A stretch of 64,000 bases of DNA from positions 732-64,731 of IMG/VR virus record IMGVR_UViG_3300030330_003867. One strand, 5' to 3'. Shown in pieces: positions 1-9,083 of the stretch. Each line of letters starts with the position of its first letter. The stretch's first letter is position 1. A program made the position numbers and the translations under genes. This DNA comes from a virus. Its lineage: Duplodnaviria; Caudoviricetes. The notes below the pieces were generated by a model. It was not told the DNA's origin, did no database searches, and worked only from the letters and a program-made list of their open reading frames with translations.

Positions 1-3000
1 CCCATTAAAGTCATTTTAGCACTTGCTTGTGCATCGGGTTCTAACTGCATTACTTCTGTTTGTGTTCCGTTAGAAAATATCCTAAATTCAAGCGAACCGT
101 CATTTGAACCGCTTGTTACATCATCTGCTACTGCTTGGATTCTCGCATAGGTTCTTTCACCACCTACTGAATCTTCACCTGCAAACCCAATAGCACCTAA
201 AGCGTCATCATCAGCAGGGGAGTCTGTATTTCTATACATTTTGATAACAGGTCCGTTATTAGCATCACTATCACCATCAACCAACATTAGAGTTGGGCCT
301 GTATCTGAGCCTTCTGTTTCATCTCTTGTTACTGTTAATTGTCCTGTTGTTACACTACCGGGATTATATGTGCTATCTCCAATTTGCACTTTCTGAGAAG
401 AATCAATTTCAAATGCTAATGTTCCGCCTGTTGATATACCTATATTGTCTGTTCCAATTCTGAAAATACCTGTGTTGGTATCGGATGAGAAATTGTAGCC
501 GGGAGTTGATGCGCTACCATCAGAAGCCGGAGATGCGGCAGGTCCGGTAGGTCCGGTTGGACCCGTAGGTCCTGTTGCCCCATCCGAGCCATCTGAACCA
601 GCAGGGCCGGAGGGTCCTGTTGGCCCCGTTGGTCCTGTAGGACCCGTTGGTCCGGTAGGTCCTGCGGGTCCTGATGGCCCCGTTGCACCTGCCGGTATAG
701 AGAAAGCAAATACTTTTGCGGTGTCTGGACCGGAAGCAGTAACTCCTATCGGCCCTGTGCTGGCGGTCGGCGTTCCGAATCCTGCCGCCGCACCATCGCT
801 ACCGTCTGAACCGTCATCACCTGCTGGTCCTGTAGGTCCGGTAGGGCCGGTTGGCCCCGTAGGGCCGGTTGGTCCTGTAGGACCTGCTGGTCCTGTAGGA
901 CCTGCTGGTCCTGTTGCACCAATTAAATCATTAGCAGTTAAGTCTTTTATGTTTATTTGACCCCCCATACCTGAATGATATGCACATCTATAGTAAAGAG
1001 TGTCCGGCGCATCAGAAGGCACTATAAATGTTATAGACCCGCTTTGCGCTCCGGCATTAGTAACGCCGGAAGTATATAGGTTGCCTGAATCATAAGCACC
1101 ACCATTGTCTGTAGTCTGCAAATGGAAAGGATGACCGCTTACTGTACCTCCTAATGAGAATATATATTTCTGATTTCTTAATAGATGTATAGTATCTTGT
1201 GTTACACCATCTATAGCATATTTATTACCACCGGAACTAACAACTGTAACCGCATAAGTTTTTGCAGTTACCTGTGCGCCTGTCGGTCCTGTAGGACCTG
1301 TAGGTCCTGTAGAGCCTGTAGGCCCTGTTGGTCCTGTTGGTCCTGTCGAACCGTCAGAACCGTCACTTCCTGCTGGTCCGGTCGGTCCATTAGGACCCGT
1401 AGGTCCTGTAGGGCCGGTAGGACCTGCTGGTCCTGTTGGGCCGGTATTTCCTGTATCTCCCTTTGAAGCCAAAACATTCCAATAAGAAGCATTAGGTGGG
1501 GCTTGGTCGCTATGACCTGCCGTTGCGATATATGATGTTCCATCCTTTATCACCGCATCATCAATAGCATAGGTTTTACTACTATTCCATGTGCCTTCCC
1601 ATTTTAAGCCTTCCGGCCCTGTAGGACCGGTAGGTCCGGTTGGTCCAGCAGGACCGGTTGAACCCGTAGGACCGGCAGGTCCGGTTGAACCGTCAGAACC
1701 GTCACTACCAGCAGGGCCGGTTGGACCTGTGGGTCCTGTGGGTCCTGTAGGACCTGTGGGTCCTGTCGCACCCGCCGGAATACTAAACGCGAATACTTTA
1801 GCGGTATCGGGGCCGGATGCAGTAACACCGATAGGTCCGGTGCTTGCAGAAGGAGTGCCGAATCCAGCCGCCGCGCCCGCAGGACCGGTAGGACCGGTTG
1901 GTCCTGTTGCACCAGCAGGGCCGGTGGGTCCTGTAGCACCATCTGAACCGTCAGACCCGTCTGAACCAGCAGGACCACTTGGCCCTGTCGGACCTGTCGG
2001 ACCCGTAGGGCCAGCAGGACCGGTAGGTCCGGTAGGCCCTGTTGAACCGGTATCTCCTTTATCACCGGTTCGGGCAAAGGTTACGGCAATATCTTCACCG
2101 TCTGAAAACGGCGAAGAAGCCGATGAATCAACGGCACTTACTGTAATATCAAAGTAGCCGCTTTCTTCTGTAAGAGAAGATATAGTGAATAAAATAAATT
2201 GGCTTGAGTCGGTTAAATTGCTTATTTTTACATGACCTTTAATAGTCGAAGTCGAATCGTCAATCGTGCGAAGGAATGATTGAATATCTGTGCCGTCTAA
2301 ATCAGAATCGTCAATGTAAATACCTGTTGCAGTATTTTGTGTGGAGTTATCAAGCCTTAGTTTTCCTGCGGTTGGGTCAGCCTTACTTGTAGTAGTGCTA
2401 AAATCATATTTGAAAGTAGCACCACCAAAAGAACCTTGAGGTCCTGTAGGTCCTGTAGGTCCTGTAGGTCCTGTTGAACCGGTTGGTCCTGCTGGTCCTG
2501 TCGGGCCTGTAGGTCCGGTTGAGCCATCTGAGCCATCTGAACCATCACTTCCTGCCGGACCACTTGGCCCTGTGGGTCCTGTTGGACCGGCTGGTCCTGT
2601 TGGTCCTGTTGAACCTGCCGGACCACTTGGTCCTGTAGGACCGGTAGGTCCTGTTGCTCCTGCGGGTATAGTAAAAGCAAACACTTTTGCCGTGTCTGGG
2701 CCGGATGCGGTTACGCCAATAGGCCCTGTTGAAGCAGTAGGCGTATCAAACCCTGCCGCCGCACCTGTTGAACCCGTAGGTCCGGTAGGACCTGTAGGAC
2801 CCGTAGGGCCTGTTGAGCCATCACTTCCGTCACTACCGGCTGGACCACTTGGTCCTGTAGGCCCTGCTGGTCCGGTTGGACCCGTTGGTCCTGTATTACC
2901 TGTGTTTCCTTTGGAAGCAAGTATATTCCAATAAGAAGCGTTTGGCGGCTCTTGGTCGCTATGTGAAGCGGTTGCGATATATGATGTGCCGTTGTGTATA

Positions 3001-4691
3001 ACTGCATCATCAATAGAATAAGTAGTCGAAGAAGACCATGAGCCTTCCCATATAAGACCTTCCGGTCCTGTGGGTCCTGTCGAACCCGCCGGACCTGTTG
3101 GACCCGTTGGTCCTGTTGGGCCAGCCGGTCCTGTGCTACCATCCGAACCATCACTTCCAGCCGGTCCTGTAGGACCACTTGGTCCTGTTGGTCCTGTAGG
3201 CCCTGTTGGGCCTGTAGCCCCCGCAGGTATAGAGAATGCGAAAACCTTTGCGGTGTCCGGCCCGCTTGCCGTTATGCCTATTGGTCCTGTGCTTGCTGAT
3301 GGTGTTCCAAACCCTGCGGCTGGTCCTGTAGGACCTGTAGGGCCTGTTGAACCATCCGCCCCATCCGACCCATCTGAACCTGCTGGTCCTGTTGGGCCTG
3401 TAGGACCTGTTGGTCCTGTTGGCCCACTTGGTCCTGTAGGACCACTTGGTCCTGTTGGTCCGGTTGCACCAGCAGGAATGCTAAATGCGAATACTTTAGC
3501 CGTGTCCGGCCCACTTGCTGTTACACCTATTGGACCTGTGGATGCAGTAGGTGTATCAAAACCTGCCGCCGCGCCGGTAGGTCCTGTGCTTCCCGTAGGT
3601 CCTTGAGGACCGGTTGGGCCTGTTGCGCCCGTATCTCCTGTAGGTCCTTGAGGACCGGTTGGACCACTTGGACCTGTAGGTCCTGTTGGTCCTGTAGCAC
3701 CGGCTGGAATTGTAAAAGCGAAGATTTTTGCAGTATCGGGGCCGCTTGATGTAATACCTATTGGGCCTGTTGAAGCGGTTGGCGTTCCGAATCCGGCGGC
3801 ACTTCCTGTTGGACCTGTTGGACCTGTCGGGCCTGTAGGACCTGTTGAGCCATCAGCACCAGCAGGGCCGGTCGGCCCTGTCGGTCCGGTTGGTCCGGTT
3901 GGTCCGGTTGCGCCGGTATCACCCTTAGCAGATAATACCGCCCAATAAGACGCATTAGGTGGTTCTTGGCCGGAATGCGCCGCCGTAGCAATATATGAAT
4001 TTCCATTGTGAGTAACTGCATCATCAATAGAATAAGATGTTCCGCTACTCCATGCACCCCTAAAGACTAATCCTTCCGGCCCTACTGCACCCGCCGGACC
4101 TGTAGGTCCTGTTGGGCCGCTTGGTCCTGTTGGACCTGTGGGTCCTGTCGGACCGGTGCTTCCTGTGGCTCCTGTTGGACCTGTATTACCTTGTGGTCCG
4201 GTTGGGCCTGTCGGACCGGTTGGTCCTGCTGGACCCGTAACACCAACAGAAGAAAAAACTACCCATGCGTCAGAACCTACTTTACGAATAGTAGCAAGCG
4301 AATACTGAGCGATACTTGTTGTTCCGCTAACTGTAACACCACTACCTGCGGCAAGTGTTAGTGTTCCAGCCCCTTTATTCATAACCTTTAATTCGGTTTT
4401 ATCAACAGGAAATGGAACACTACTATTTGGTGGAACGGTAAAAGAAATAGCCGAGCCTTTGTTAGCCATTACTACTCGGCCTTCGTCTGTGCGTGTAAAG
4501 GTGTAATCATCGGTTTTATCAACAACGGGTCTTACATCAGCCGATTGTCCGGCGGTGGTGCTACCATCACCGAAGAAAACGAATCCGCTATCAGCATCCT
4601 TGAATAACTGTGCGGCGTGTGGTGTAACCGTAATTCTATCGGCTTCGGTAGTAAAAAGAAGGTTTTTGTTATCTGTTAGAACATCAACCAT
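1..4691 (-). CDS. Collagen-like tail fibre/adhesin, >1,560 aa, runs off the left edge (absent from the ORF track)
   Basis: ATG at 4691 ([13 protein letters not shown]...). The same frame is open at every block I translated, down to ...[14 protein letters not shown] at position 1. Long Gly-Pro-Thr/Ala/Ser runs are interrupted by repeated globular modules, and the C-terminal part has a tail-fibre-type motif ([27 protein letters not shown]). Confidence 0.9.
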   Translation of the reverse strand, partial: MVDVLTDNKNLLFTTEADRITVTPHAAQLFKDADSGFVFFGDGSTTAGQSADVRPVVDKTDDYTFTRTDEGRVVMANKGSAISFTVPPNSSVPFPVDKTELKVMNKGAGTLTLAAGSGVTVSGTTSIAQYSLATIRKVGSDAWVVFSSVGVTGPAGPTGPTGPTGPQGNTGPTGATGSTGPTGPTGPTGPSGPTGPTGPAGAVGPEGLVFRGAWSSGTSYSIDDAVTHNGNSYIATAAHSGQEPPNASYWAVLSAKGDTGATGPTGPTGPTGPTGPAGADGSTGPTGPTGPTGPTGSAAGFGTPTASTGPIGITSSGPDTAKIFAFTIPAGATGPTGPTGPSGPTGPQGPTGDTGATGPTGPQGPTGSTGPTGAAAGFDTPTASTGPIGVTASGPDTAKVFAFSIPAGATGPTGPSGPTGPSGPTGPTGPTGPTGPAGSDGSDGADGSTGPTGPTGPAAGFGTPSASTGPIGITASGPDTAKVFAFSIPAGATGPTGPTGPTGPSGPTGPAGSDGSDGSTGPAGPTGPTGPTGPAGSTGPTGPEGLIWEGSWSSSTTYSIDDAVIHNGTSYIATASHSDQEPPNASYWNILASKGNTGNTGPTGPTGPAGPTGPSGPAGSDGSDGSTGPTGPTGPTGPTGSTGAAAGFDTPTASTGPIGVTASGPDTAKVFAFTIPAGATGPTGPTGPSGPAGSTGPTGPAGPTGPTGPSGPAGSDGSDGSDGSTGPTGPTGPAGPTGSTGPTGPTGPTGPQGSFGGATFKYDFSTTTSKADPTAGKLRLDNSTQNTATGIYIDDSDLDGTDIQSFLRTIDDSTSTIKGHVKISNLTDSSQFILFTISSLTEESGYFDITVSAVDSSASSPFSDGEDIAVTFARTGDKGDTGSTGPTGPTGPAGPTGPTGPTGPSGPAGSDGSDGSDGATGPTGPAGATGPTGPTGPAGAAAGFGTPSASTGPIGVTASGPDTAKVFAFSIPAGATGPTGPTGPTGPTGPTGPAGSDGSDGSTGPAGPTGSTGPAGPTGPTGPTGPEGLKWEGTWNSSKTYAIDDAVIKDGTSYIATAGHSDQAPPNASYWNVLASKGDTGNTGPTGPAGPTGPTGPTGPNGPTGPAGSDGSDGSTGPTGPTGPTGSTGPTGPTGPTGAQVTAKTYAVTVVSSGGNKYAIDGVTQDTIHLLRNQKYIFSLGGTVSGHPFHLQTTDNGGAYDSGNLYTSGVTNAGAQSGSITFIVPSDAPDTLYYRCAYHSGMGGQINIKDLTANDLIGATGPAGPTGPAGPTGPTGPTGPTGPTGPTGPAGDDGSDGSDGAAAGFGTPTASTGPIGVTASGPDTAKVFAFSIPAGATGPSGPAGPTGPTGPTGPTGPTGPSGPAGSDGSDGATGPTGPTGPTGPAASPASDGSASTPGYNFSSDTNTGIFRIGTDNIGISTGGTLAFEIDSSQKVQIGDSTYNPGSVTTGQLTVTRDETEGSDTGPTLMLVDGDSDANNGPVIKMYRNTDSPADDDALGAIGFAGEDSVGGERTYARIQAVADDVTSGSNDGSLEFRIFSNGTQTEVMQLEPDAQASAKMTLM
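690..3790 (-). repeat. Six copies of a ~35-aa linker module (AAGF[GD]TP[TS]ASTGPIG[VI]T[AS]SGPDTAK[VI]FAF[ST]IPAG) within the collagen fibre
   Basis: Copies read at about 3705-3790, 3470-3585, 3215-3320, 2655-2765, 1770-1880 and 690-795. Confidence 0.85.
1455..4080 (-). repeat. Three copies of a Trp/Tyr-rich ~55-aa module resembling CBM5/12-type carbohydrate-binding domains
   Basis: GL..[RE]G.W.SS..Y.IDDAV...G.SYIATA.HS.Q.PPNASYW..L..KG at about 3915-4080, 2905-3065 and 1455-1620. Confidence 0.7.
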
Positions 4692-4740
4692 GCTATCCGC
4701 ACCTTACCCCTATTGTATTCCGTGTGTCGTATTAACCTTT

Positions 4741-6264
4741 TTAATCAAATTGAACCCATATTGTTGCTTCCGCATCATTTAAGTCAGTAGCGCCGCTTTT
4801 TCTTCTAAGAGATAATGTATCGCCAGCAACAAAAGTAGGGGTTGCAGTAGCGACAATTTTTGAATTATTACTGTTTAATGTGTTTGCCGCGAAAGAAAAA
4901 TCAACATCTGATGTGCTACCATCTGCCGCAAGGGTTTTTCTTATTGTAAATGTATTACTTGCAGACCCACTTATTGTTCCCGAAAAATGAAGACTTACTG
5001 CGTTTAACTTTCCAGCATACGGCATAACAATTTCTGCTGGTGAAAAAGCAACACCCGTATTAGTATCTAAACTACTTTTTGTGTAATGTAAAGGGTGAAG
5101 TAAAAAATAATTGTCTATTAATCTTGCGCCCGTTCCACCATACGCAGTAGGTAATAATTCTTGTGTTCCACGCACACGATAAACACCATCTGATATTTGT
5201 TGAAAATTCCAATCACCATTTACAATTACCCTATTTACAGTATGTATTTCTGCACTTGAAGATGAATGGTAATCAATGTTACCATAAAACCTACCGTTAA
5301 TAATTAAGGTGTTACAATATAACCTTGTGTTTTCACCAATAGTAAAATAACGATTATTACTTTTTGCTTCGTCAATAATTATTTTATGGTATCTTGCAGT
5401 AAATAATTCAGATGAAGAACCAAAGGTTGTATCTCCTGTTGTTGGTAATACATGGTTTCCGCTTGTGCTTGGTTCTAATTCAAGTGTTGTGTAGCCCCAA
5501 TCAAAGGTGCTACCACCTACTCCGGTTATACCATTTTTAATCCTAAACACTTTTAATTTATCTTCTAAATTTCTTGTTAGCGGTGTAGTTGTAACGGATG
5601 ATGAAGACACATCAAACGCAAGCATAGATACTTTAGGATAACTACTTAATTTTGTGCGTTGTGGTATTGCACTTGCAGTATATGTTTGAAAATCATTTGA
5701 TGTGTAAAAGGTGGTAGTGCCGCTTGTAGGCGCAATAGTCACTTTAGGATATACTCCATTCATTAAAGTTATTTTAGAAGTCGCGCTTGGTGTATAATTA
5801 AAAGTAGTTTGCTCTCTATCTGTTTCATTTACAAAAACGCCTAAATCTGATACATCTAATTTGTTATCATTGGTGCTATCAATTTTTATGAAATATTTAG
5901 CGTCATTAACAGAACCGGCGGAATCATAATTATCTCCACTTGCCGTTCCTGTAAAAGTAAAAATGGTTTCGTTACAATCTAATACACCCGATTTATCTAT
6001 TGTTAAACCTATACCATTTGTTAATGTTATAGTTTGAGCAGAAAATTTAACTGTAGGAGTTGTCGCACCACCAAAAATAAAATAATCAGAATGAATATGT
6101 ATTGCTTGGTAGGTTTGGTCTCCTAAATTAGTCATATCGCAAACGCGGGTGCAAGTGCCGTCAAAATGCACTTCATCAGAAGATGTAGGTTTAGAACCGC
6201 CGGTCCAATTTGCGGCTACATTTGCATCTGTTGATGTGCCGCCAGCCCATGTAATTGTAGCCAT
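4741..6264 (-). CDS. Virion structural/tail-associated beta-rich protein (507 aa)
   Basis: N-terminal W..G......AANW.GG..P...D.V.F motif typical of adhesin/tail proteins; T/S-rich; lies in the late operon. Confidence 0.5.
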   Translation of the reverse strand: MATITWAGGTSTDANVAANWTGGSKPTSSDEVHFDGTCTRVCDMTNLGDQTYQAIHIHSDYFIFGGATTPTVKFSAQTITLTNGIGLTIDKSGVLDCNETIFTFTGTASGDNYDSAGSVNDAKYFIKIDSTNDNKLDVSDLGVFVNETDREQTTFNYTPSATSKITLMNGVYPKVTIAPTSGTTTFYTSNDFQTYTASAIPQRTKLSSYPKVSMLAFDVSSSSVTTTPLTRNLEDKLKVFRIKNGITGVGGSTFDWGYTTLELEPSTSGNHVLPTTGDTTFGSSSELFTARYHKIIIDEAKSNNRYFTIGENTRLYCNTLIINGRFYGNIDYHSSSSAEIHTVNRVIVNGDWNFQQISDGVYRVRGTQELLPTAYGGTGARLIDNYFLLHPLHYTKSSLDTNTGVAFSPAEIVMPYAGKLNAVSLHFSGTISGSASNTFTIRKTLAADGSTSDVDFSFAANTLNSNNSKIVATATPTFVAGDTLSLRRKSGATDLNDAEATIWVQFD

Positions 6265-6274
6265 TTTTTATCCC

Positions 6275-6763
6275 TCAGTCCGTTGGATGCAACGAACCGG
6301 ATAATTGACTACTTGTTGTTCCACTTATACGGGAAGCCGTCTTCTTCGCCGAGAATGCCGTTCCGCCTTTTTCTTCAATTAAACTCAATGCTTCTTCCGC
6401 TTGCTTTTCAAACGAAGCCAATTGTTTGTTAAATCTAATATCTGATACTCCTTGTTCTTTTTCCGGCACAACGGCAGGTATAGTATCAATAAGGACACGA
6501 AGACAATCAACACATACGAGAAGTTTGATAGCATTCTCTATGTCTGTTGTCGAAGGCGCATTTGTCGAAGTTACTCCGACATAATTTGCCTGTCGTGTCT
6601 TTTTTTGCACTTGTGAATTACGAAGATTAACATACTCAATAACTGTTCCGCTATTAAGTCCTCTCGGTCTGTTAAGGAGATTGCGAATTGTATTTACTGT
6701 TATTTGTGTATCAAAGAGGGTATCGCCGTCTTCAATCACTAAATCTCCCATTACGAAGCCCAT
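6275..6763 (-). CDS. Putative head-completion/connector protein (162 aa)
   Basis: Helical protein of this size downstream of the capsid genes; positional inference only. Confidence 0.35.
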   Translation of the reverse strand: MGFVMGDLVIEDGDTLFDTQITVNTIRNLLNRPRGLNSGTVIEYVNLRNSQVQKKTRQANYVGVTSTNAPSTTDIENAIKLLVCVDCLRVLIDTIPAVVPEKEQGVSDIRFNKQLASFEKQAEEALSLIEEKGGTAFSAKKTASRISGTTSSQLSGSLHPTD

Positions 6764-7119
6764 TATGCAAACCTCATGTCGTAGTCCAACGGCACATCAA
6801 GAAATGTAGTGTCTGATGAAGGTTTCTCCGTTCTATCCATTACAAAAACAATTTTAGACTCTATAATTCTTTTAGCCATGTCGCTATTAGGAATCCAATA
6901 TACTGCTTTCCTATCAGTTAAAAGACTAACAGGGTGGTCGGGTCTGCCTTGAGAAGATTTAACCAAGCGAACCAAAAAACCTTTTCCGCCAACCCAATGC
7001 TTAAGCCGGTGTTCCATATCAGCCTTGTTTGCTGATTCGGGAATTGGTATCTTATTCTTTTTTAGTTGAGATACTAACTTCGCTTTCGTTGGTGCTTTCT
7101 TTTGGCTTTTCTTCGACAT
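6763..7119 (-). CDS. Hypothetical basic protein with SAP/HeH-like N-terminus
   Basis: KAKLVSQLKKNKIPIPESANKADMEHRL resembles a helix-extended-helix motif; stop overlaps the next start. Confidence 0.4.
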   Translation of the reverse strand: MSKKSQKKAPTKAKLVSQLKKNKIPIPESANKADMEHRLKHWVGGKGFLVRLVKSSQGRPDHPVSLLTDRKAVYWIPNSDMAKRIIESKIVFVMDRTEKPSSDTTFLDVPLDYDMRFA

Positions 7120-7306
7120 TCACTTTCACTTCCTTTGTCTTGCGACTCTTTGTCTTTACTTCGGCTACCGCACAATTGCGAATAACCCAACGCTTAATCT
7201 TGAAATCAGATTTAACATTCACCAATACATCGGGTAATTCATCGGGGCATTCACGCCCTAATTCCTTGCAGATTTCTTTAAGCAAATCCATGTCCTTCAC
7301 CTTCAC
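7052..7306 (-). CDS. Hypothetical protein (84 aa), overlaps the next gene by 68 nt
   Basis: Start overlaps the upstream stop at 7303-7306; same strand as the operon. Confidence 0.5.
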   Translation of the reverse strand: MKVKDMDLLKEICKELGRECPDELPDVLVNVKSDFKIKRWVIRNCAVAEVKTKSRKTKEVKVNVEEKPKESTNESEVSISTKKE

Positions 7307-7725
7307 GCGATAGCGTAGGCGAGAACATATACAACCAAAGCAGGAACATCAGATGAACCGCCATCAGTAGCAGTTACCTTGAGTGTTCCACCTGCGGCGA
7401 CTTCGTGTCTTGCGTCATCAATCTCGCCAATTCTAACAACGTCTTTATCACCAGCAGATGCAATAGATACTGCATCACTAATAGCGTTTGACCCGTTGAA
7501 TACTTGGTATGTATCGCTTGTTGTTCCTGCACCCTTCAATACTGCGTGTGCATCAACAACACGGATTGCTCTATCAACCACAACAGACTCGCTTTCAGTA
7601 GCCCCGCCATCAGTTGTAAATACATACAAAAGAGGGATTAGGCCACTTGTGCCGCCTGTGTTGGTTCTCTTAGGCATTACTCCTGTTAGGAGATTTTGCA
7701 TTTTACGGTTCTGAGGCATCCTCAA
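7303..7725 (-). CDS. Small beta-sandwich virion protein (capsid decoration/fibre-like)
   Basis: Directly after the major capsid gene, GGTGA Shine-Dalgarno, G/A/T/V-rich beta pattern. Confidence 0.5.
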   Translation of the reverse strand: MRMPQNRKMQNLLTGVMPKRTNTGGTSGLIPLLYVFTTDGGATESESVVVDRAIRVVDAHAVLKGAGTTSDTYQVFNGSNAISDAVSIASAGDKDVVRIGEIDDARHEVAAGGTLKVTATDGGSSDVPALVVYVLAYAIA

Positions 7726-7734
7726 TCACCCCGA

Positions 7735-8643
7735 TTATGCCCTTACGCCTGTTATCTTAACAATCCTGTTTGAAGTGCCGCTTGATGCGCCGTCTTGATG
7801 CTCATGCACTACGCTTCCCATGAAGGAAGTTAGTAGCCAATCAAAACCAACCCCCGGTAGTCGAGTCAATTCTGTTTCTTGGAATCCCGGTCCGTTGTAT
7901 TGGAAGAACTCAGCAGTTTCAGCACCCGGAATTAGTAGTAGTGCATCGTTTCCGATAGCATTTCCGCTTCCGTAATCGCGGGTGTAGTAAATTGTTAGGT
8001 TAGCAACACGGCCCAAGTGGGATTGTAGCGACTCAACAACGTTACCGTATAGTTGAGTGTTCATCATAACACTTCTCTTGTCTGCTGGTAGGATTAGAGC
8101 AAGTGGCTCATCACCGCTAACTCTTGCGTTAGCAAAGATAAGGTCCATAGCCTCTAAGATGTCCTGTTCCTCGTCTGCGGCGGCTGAACCAAAGGTCGAA
8201 GTTGCGGCCTTTGTCTGTCCTGCACCTGCATAGAGTGTGGATAGGATATGGTTATCTATCTTGTCTGCTCTTGCTTGAATAATTCCGAGTTGTTGTCGGT
8301 CAATGTTCTCAAAAGACTCACCGCGTAGTCTTACGGAGTCAAGGAAAGTGCATCGGCCCTGTCCTTTCTCTAACTTAACGGTGTAATTTTCTGTTCCAAT
8401 CTTGGTTGGGTCTGTGGTTGCGTTATCATCCAATGGGTAGGAGAATGAACCTGTTGCACCTGTAAACCACTTAAACTCAAGCCATCCGACTGAGCGTGTT
8501 CCAACAACATTTGTTCCTACTGCAATAGTAGTGGACTGTAGTTGGATAAAATCTCTTAGTGTTTGCTCAAGGACCGAATCTCCGGTGGAGAAAGGTCCTG
8601 CTGCTGCTTCAACATTTAATATATCTTCTAAACTTTGCGCCAT
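7735..8643 (-). CDS. Major capsid protein (HK97 fold, inferred)
   Basis: 302 aa in the canonical portal-protease-decoration-MCP order; strong GGAGATGATG ribosome-binding site. Confidence 0.8.
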   Translation of the reverse strand: MAQSLEDILNVEAAAGPFSTGDSVLEQTLRDFIQLQSTTIAVGTNVVGTRSVGWLEFKWFTGATGSFSYPLDDNATTDPTKIGTENYTVKLEKGQGRCTFLDSVRLRGESFENIDRQQLGIIQARADKIDNHILSTLYAGAGQTKAATSTFGSAAADEEQDILEAMDLIFANARVSGDEPLALILPADKRSVMMNTQLYGNVVESLQSHLGRVANLTIYYTRDYGSGNAIGNDALLLIPGAETAEFFQYNGPGFQETELTRLPGVGFDWLLTSFMGSVVHEHQDGASSGTSNRIVKITGVRA

Positions 8644-8659
8644 TTCATCATCTCCTTAA

Positions 8660-9082
8660 TCAAGCAATCTCCGCACCTGCGGTCATAACGGGGATTAAAT
8701 CACCGTTAGCAGAAGATGTGGTTTGACCCTCTCCTACGTATAGTCCGAGTTTCTTTGCGGAAGAACCGCTTGAAGTTGTAGCAAGACCGCTTGATGCAAT
8801 ATAGACTGTTGCACCTGTGGTCCATGTTTGTGAAGCAGTAGCCGCTACCATCAACATTCCGCCCAATGGGTAGTATGCTACTGTAGCACCTGTTGTTTCG
8901 TAATCAAGGTTTGCATCTCGGCTGGATTCACCAGCAGATACACCGATTGCGACTTCGCTAACTGCGGTTAGGTCTAACTTGTTGTTAGTGCTATCGTTAG
9001 TCAAAAGGTAGCCCGGACCACTAACTGTGGTGGAATCCTTTAGTGTTGCATTTCGTGGGTCTGCGCCTTCTCCATAAGCCAT
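8660..9082 (-). CDS. Capsid cement/decoration protein (DUF2190-like)
   Basis: 140 aa, G/A/T/S-rich with AIGV...G.TV...LGG...V.A......G..VY....G pattern; lies between protease and MCP. Confidence 0.65.
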   Translation of the reverse strand: MAYGEGADPRNATLKDSTTVSGPGYLLTNDSTNNKLDLTAVSEVAIGVSAGESSRDANLDYETTGATVAYYPLGGMLMVAATASQTWTTGATVYIASSGLATTSSGSSAKKLGLYVGEGQTTSSANGDLIPVMTAGAEIA

Positions 9083-9083
9083 C

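Noticed and set aside
440-4057. Many track ORFs on both strands rich in GPV or QDQ repeats
   Set aside because: They are shadow frames of the single collagen ORF 4691 to <1.
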